IMG/VR virus record: IMGVR_UViG_3300010365_001171
Location: 1-64,000 of that record
Length of the DNA stretch: 64,000 nt
Source of the DNA: a virus
Lineage: Duplodnaviria > Caudoviricetes
Reading direction: 5' to 3' (one strand)
Below are positions 61,401 to 64,000 of this stretch, piece after piece. The notes beneath the pieces are model-generated. The model had not been told where the DNA came from. It saw only the letters and a program-made list of their open reading frames with translations, and ran no database searches. The position numbers and the translations under genes are program-made. Position 1 is the first letter of the stretch. Each line of letters starts with the position of its first letter.

Positions 61401-64000
61401 TCTTTATTTTTTTTAATTATTATTTTCTTTAGTCTTTCCACAAACCCTGTATAAATTTGAGCTTCTTTAGGATAAGCTTTTAAAATTGAATTAAGTTCAC
61501 CTAAACTAGTGGCGGCTGAAGCTTTTTTAGAAAACTCCATAGTATTGCTTTGTTGGGCAGTAAATTTAGTATCTACTTTTCCTTGATTATCTTCACTAAC
61601 TCCCTGTCCACTAGGACTGCTTTGATCACTTGTTCCAGATTCATTTTGTTTTGTTTTATTGTTTTCTAATTCGTTTAGTTCTGCATCATATTTAGTAATA
61701 GCGTTTAAAACTTCATTATATAGTTCTTTGGAGTCTATATTTGCGGCTTTTGCAACTAATTCTATATTGGGAGTATTTATTATTCTTGGATTACTTAAAT
61801 CGAATCTTTTTGTAGTTTTATTTATGAAAACTTTTACTACTTCTCCTTTTTTACCATTATAACTGTTATTTGGAACTATATAAGCAACTCCTAAACTTAA
61901 ATTAACAAATATCCCTGTATCATTAAAAGTATTATAATCCCATTTTGTAATATCACTATCTAAATTATTTTCTTGTATTTGAATCGCAGAATACGCTTCT
62001 AATGATACTAATCTACTACCACCATAAGTACCATCATTCATTAAAAACAATTGCCCTTTCTTTAAATCTTCTTGTCTTGTTTGTTTTTTTAAATCTAATG
62101 ATGCTTGGTTAATACCACTGCCCGGAGTAACGACTTTTTCTTCTATTCTAGCGTCTTCTTTCTTAAAAGCGTCTAAAACTTCTTTAAACAACCCTAAAGT
62201 CATCAAACTATCCACTAAATCATCATTAGATAATAAGTCATCTAATGTCTTAATATCTTTGAGATTCTTAATAGAACCAGTTTTAATAATTTCATTTTCA
62301 ACAGTTTCATAAATAGTATTTAACGATTCCCCTAATGCATCTTCGTCTAATTTGAAATCTCCTAAAGACTCCATATTATAAACACTTAAATCAACTGGTT
62401 TAACTATTTGATTATTACCAACTTTTATACCTAATAAAGTACTAAGTTGATTAGATAAAAAATCATAGTAAGATTCAGCAAAGTCAACCTCTTGTAATTT
62501 AGAAGCTAAAAATAATTTGGATGCTAAGCCTTTACCAAACAAATCAATTTTTAATTGATCGGCTTTTTCATTAGATAGTACACCTAATAAATGTTTTAAT
62601 CCAGCCTCTTTATCAAGGTTCAAAGGTAAAACTTTATCGCCTACATCCTTATACACCTTTAGTTTATTACCCTCAATTTTAAAATAATAGTCGCCGTTAA
62701 AATTTTTATTCGTAGAAGAATATTTAGCGTACTCAGAGATTATTTTTTCTCTTAATTCTTTATTTTTTAATTCAATAGATTTTTCTTTTACAGCCTCAAT
62801 CTTTTCATTAAAATATTTAGAAAGCTCCTCAATTTGGTCTTTAAATAGCGTTTCTAACATTTCGTTACCGGCTATTAAAGAAGCAAAATCTTTTAGATCT
62901 TCTTTAGAATTAATATTAGCATAAGCCATTTTTACATCTTCAGGCGCTATCTGAAACCCAAATTCATTAACTCCTTGCTTAATATGAACAAGTTCTCTAT
63001 TTGACATTTCAAAGGCCCTTACTAAAAGACCTCGTAGCCTTCCCCTCTCACTAGAAGAAAAATCCTCTGTCCCAGTAATATCAAAAGAATAATTACCTTC
63101 ACTGTCTTTAATTTCAACCTTTACACCATGTTTCTTTTCAATATAATCTTTTAAATCATCAACAAAATCGTTATGAATTTCTTTTTTACCTACTCTTTTA
63201 GTAGCATTTAACTCAAAATCTCCATCTTTAAACTCTTCGTCAGACAAGAAATCTTCAACATCTCTACTATGTGTAATATCATTTTGAATATCATTAAACT
63301 TTTTTTGTATTTCATGTGCATATTTTTGATTTGCAAGTTCATATTGGTGAACTGCAATATTGAATTTTTCAGGCTCTAATAAAGTTTCAAAAGCACTTTG
63401 ACTAAACCTATACATATCATTGTATGAACCTATTTTAGAAAAAGTATTACTTAATGAATTGATATTAATTTTATTTATATTAGAACCATTTACATGATTT
63501 ATATAATTTATAAAATTTTCAGTTGTTCTATTTTTATGATAAGCCTCTAATAATTTAAGTTCTTTTGAAGTATTTAAATCTATGGCATCTTGTTGGCCTG
63601 CAATAATTGGAGTAAAATCTTTGAATAACTCAGTAATTTCACTACTTTCAACACTTAATTTTAGCCTTTCTTTAAGTGTTTTTATTTTTTCTAATCTACT
63701 ATTATCGTCAAAAGCGGTATTAATATTATCTCTTGTTATACCATGTTCTTTATTTAATGCATCAATTAATTTATCAGATTCCTCTACTGCAAATTCTTGA
63801 TTATGTAAATTAAACATTAAATCTTTTTTTGCCATTTCAAAAGAGACATGCTTAAATAAACTTTCTTGATCTCCTTCCTTAATTGTATAAGGATTTTCTA
63901 ATTGTTTATCAATTTTGTTAAAGTTTTCTTCAATCTTACCAGCTTTTGAAATAATTTCATTGACGTAACTCTTAACTTGAGAGATATCTGCTTTTTCATC
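58466..64000 (-). CDS. giant virion/ejection protein, 5'-truncated by the window edge (>1845 aa)
   Basis: Frame is open from 64000 (DEKADISQ...HVSFE-MAKKDL), so the tracked ATG at 63835 is probably internal; ends YKDCL. Confidence 0.75.
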   Translation of the reverse strand, partial: DEKADISQVKSYVNEIISKAGKIEENFNKIDKQLENPYTIKEGDQESLFKHVSFEMAKKDLMFNLHNQEFAVEESDKLIDALNKEHGITRDNINTAFDDNSRLEKIKTLKERLKLSVESSEITELFKDFTPIIAGQQDAIDLNTSKELKLLEAYHKNRTTENFINYINHVNGSNINKININSLSNTFSKIGSYNDMYRFSQSAFETLLEPEKFNIAVHQYELANQKYAHEIQKKFNDIQNDITHSRDVEDFLSDEEFKDGDFELNATKRVGKKEIHNDFVDDLKDYIEKKHGVKVEIKDSEGNYSFDITGTEDFSSSERGRLRGLLVRAFEMSNRELVHIKQGVNEFGFQIAPEDVKMAYANINSKEDLKDFASLIAGNEMLETLFKDQIEELSKYFNEKIEAVKEKSIELKNKELREKIISEYAKYSSTNKNFNGDYYFKIEGNKLKVYKDVGDKVLPLNLDKEAGLKHLLGVLSNEKADQLKIDLFGKGLASKLFLASKLQEVDFAESYYDFLSNQLSTLLGIKVGNNQIVKPVDLSVYNMESLGDFKLDEDALGESLNTIYETVENEIIKTGSIKNLKDIKTLDDLLSNDDLVDSLMTLGLFKEVLDAFKKEDARIEEKVVTPGSGINQASLDLKKQTRQEDLKKGQLFLMNDGTYGGSRLVSLEAYSAIQIQENNLDSDITKWDYNTFNDTGIFVNLSLGVAYIVPNNSYNGKKGEVVKVFINKTTKRFDLSNPRIINTPNIELVAKAANIDSKELYNEVLNAITKYDAELNELENNKTKQNESGTSDQSSPSGQGVSEDNQGKVDTKFTAQQSNTMEFSKKASAATSLGELNSILKAYPKEAQIYTGFVERLKKIIIKKNKEERKERRDYRKYVKESLLKFEPANLNDEVLVSIAGAPDSKRFKINSDSLVKAFTRVETRIGRRPFPKEFLGFKRYLSKTGGTSFSDFAGGVWHELGARDTEDDMDVYNEILDLMVTHGSFSAMQRELEERAVLQREQKENAEEIFLEEMREQHLKDIAAEKAANEFIDSDVLENLLTKNSLEDLNSSQLHTIIENVLNVEFPEDLLQLLSFNTSSIEALNNFLNFTPNTLIEVLNTESIPHYYNLINNIKNAAEQFREGKDIDSVNKVTPSNKIINKINLSNLTIQDLNDVRTDINKYLSKKLITNEEFANLNDLIDNKIQDILLEETKKPVKVDTISPFVTPKDFTGVETVETAVGKSADTFVKSENNFNEERLYLYGTPEQKAAAKPNLIQLRNLKVFEFISHDQQGNKDKYAITFSQPDISWPLATRNASLGTPQGNTFEAAYEAGKLARQSFGGYAVNTNEEYQDKQRFLEGHITDKDGNMLYFNREGELLNPGDVGYGDVMNIVTTNLPSQKNMNERFVNGDIRSFNGRRERMINNYLAEGLTEEAAIAKFEETYNSQTAEIVSLAGSHKAKPMMYNISFSNVGHVVITPNDPKPTSYGLTNPKQIKFYAEDKNTGKEKKKNLPFFNYGQYRIFIQPKSFSESEALNYFESLFSGDIPKYVLSYMGDNKQTGAASLELSKLLNKYLFNEKIDKTNINKKIIIETLEGTKLEVYTDQEYLYNDGVKTAYITTKGGKNKFGQYVFNDKEGNVYNVSDFNFFPTHTNSELALKDSTNLERPMFSFYLDNKNDELKFIVQFYNPEDNSIKYIDNIEDFKSVVNKTYTYGGKDFNINLNFDKTSTDEETTDMFKIVNGKLEVVKGDYKQYVYDNGTINISLDNKFKSTTPYFSLKKGSPVIQNYTDTAFVNVLSSKFSQGVKFFSDEKNIEKDLEMLENSGNFVSNEEYQKFKAFVLREHKLSKSNTIEDYLIYKDCL

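Noticed and set aside
12836-61862. Short antisense ORFs in the track (for example 12868-13107, 16071-16433, 26309-26668, 30341-30676, 38986-39219, 57658-58389, 60933-61379)
   Set aside because: They are shadows of long opposite-strand genes, with Phe/Leu/Ser-rich composition and no motifs.
1-64000. Stop-codon reassignment (TAG=Gln or TGA=Trp), as in some crAss-like phages
   Set aside because: Multi-kb ORFs are intact in code 11, TAG and TGA terminate genes normally, and breaks in conserved genes are explained by introns. The single internal stop (3847) is TAA.

Overview
AT-rich 64-kb segment of a lytic crAss-like (Crassvirales-related) phage of a Bacteroidota host, read in standard code 11. 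Host assignment rests on six (T)TTG-N20-TA(TC/TA)TT-type promoters. Phage assignment rests on a giant virion RNA polymerase with a GSDFDVDK motif. The plus strand (1-40420) carries, in order: small accessory ORFs bounded by attC-like hairpins; a ~750-nt densely base-paired non-coding RNA candidate; thyX; a replication block (DnaB-like helicase, Sak4-like ATPase, SSB, primase, RusA-like resolvase, PolA); a phiEco32-type amidoligase/ATP-grasp/glutamine-amidotransferase operon; and nucleotide metabolism genes (class Ia RNR, dUTPase, DUF5664-HAD fusion). Three group I introns interrupt the helicase, a class I amidotransferase and PolA; splice sites were derived from P1/P10 pairing, and one intron encodes its HNH nuclease antisense. 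RNR alpha contains a Gln-ending mini-intein. The minus strand (40466 to beyond 64000) encodes giant virion/ejection proteins. These are almost Cys-free except for Cys at abutting C- and N-termini, suggesting an undescribed head-to-tail linking system, and an A7 run at the RNAP end may switch it. All family calls are by motif recognition only; no database search was run.
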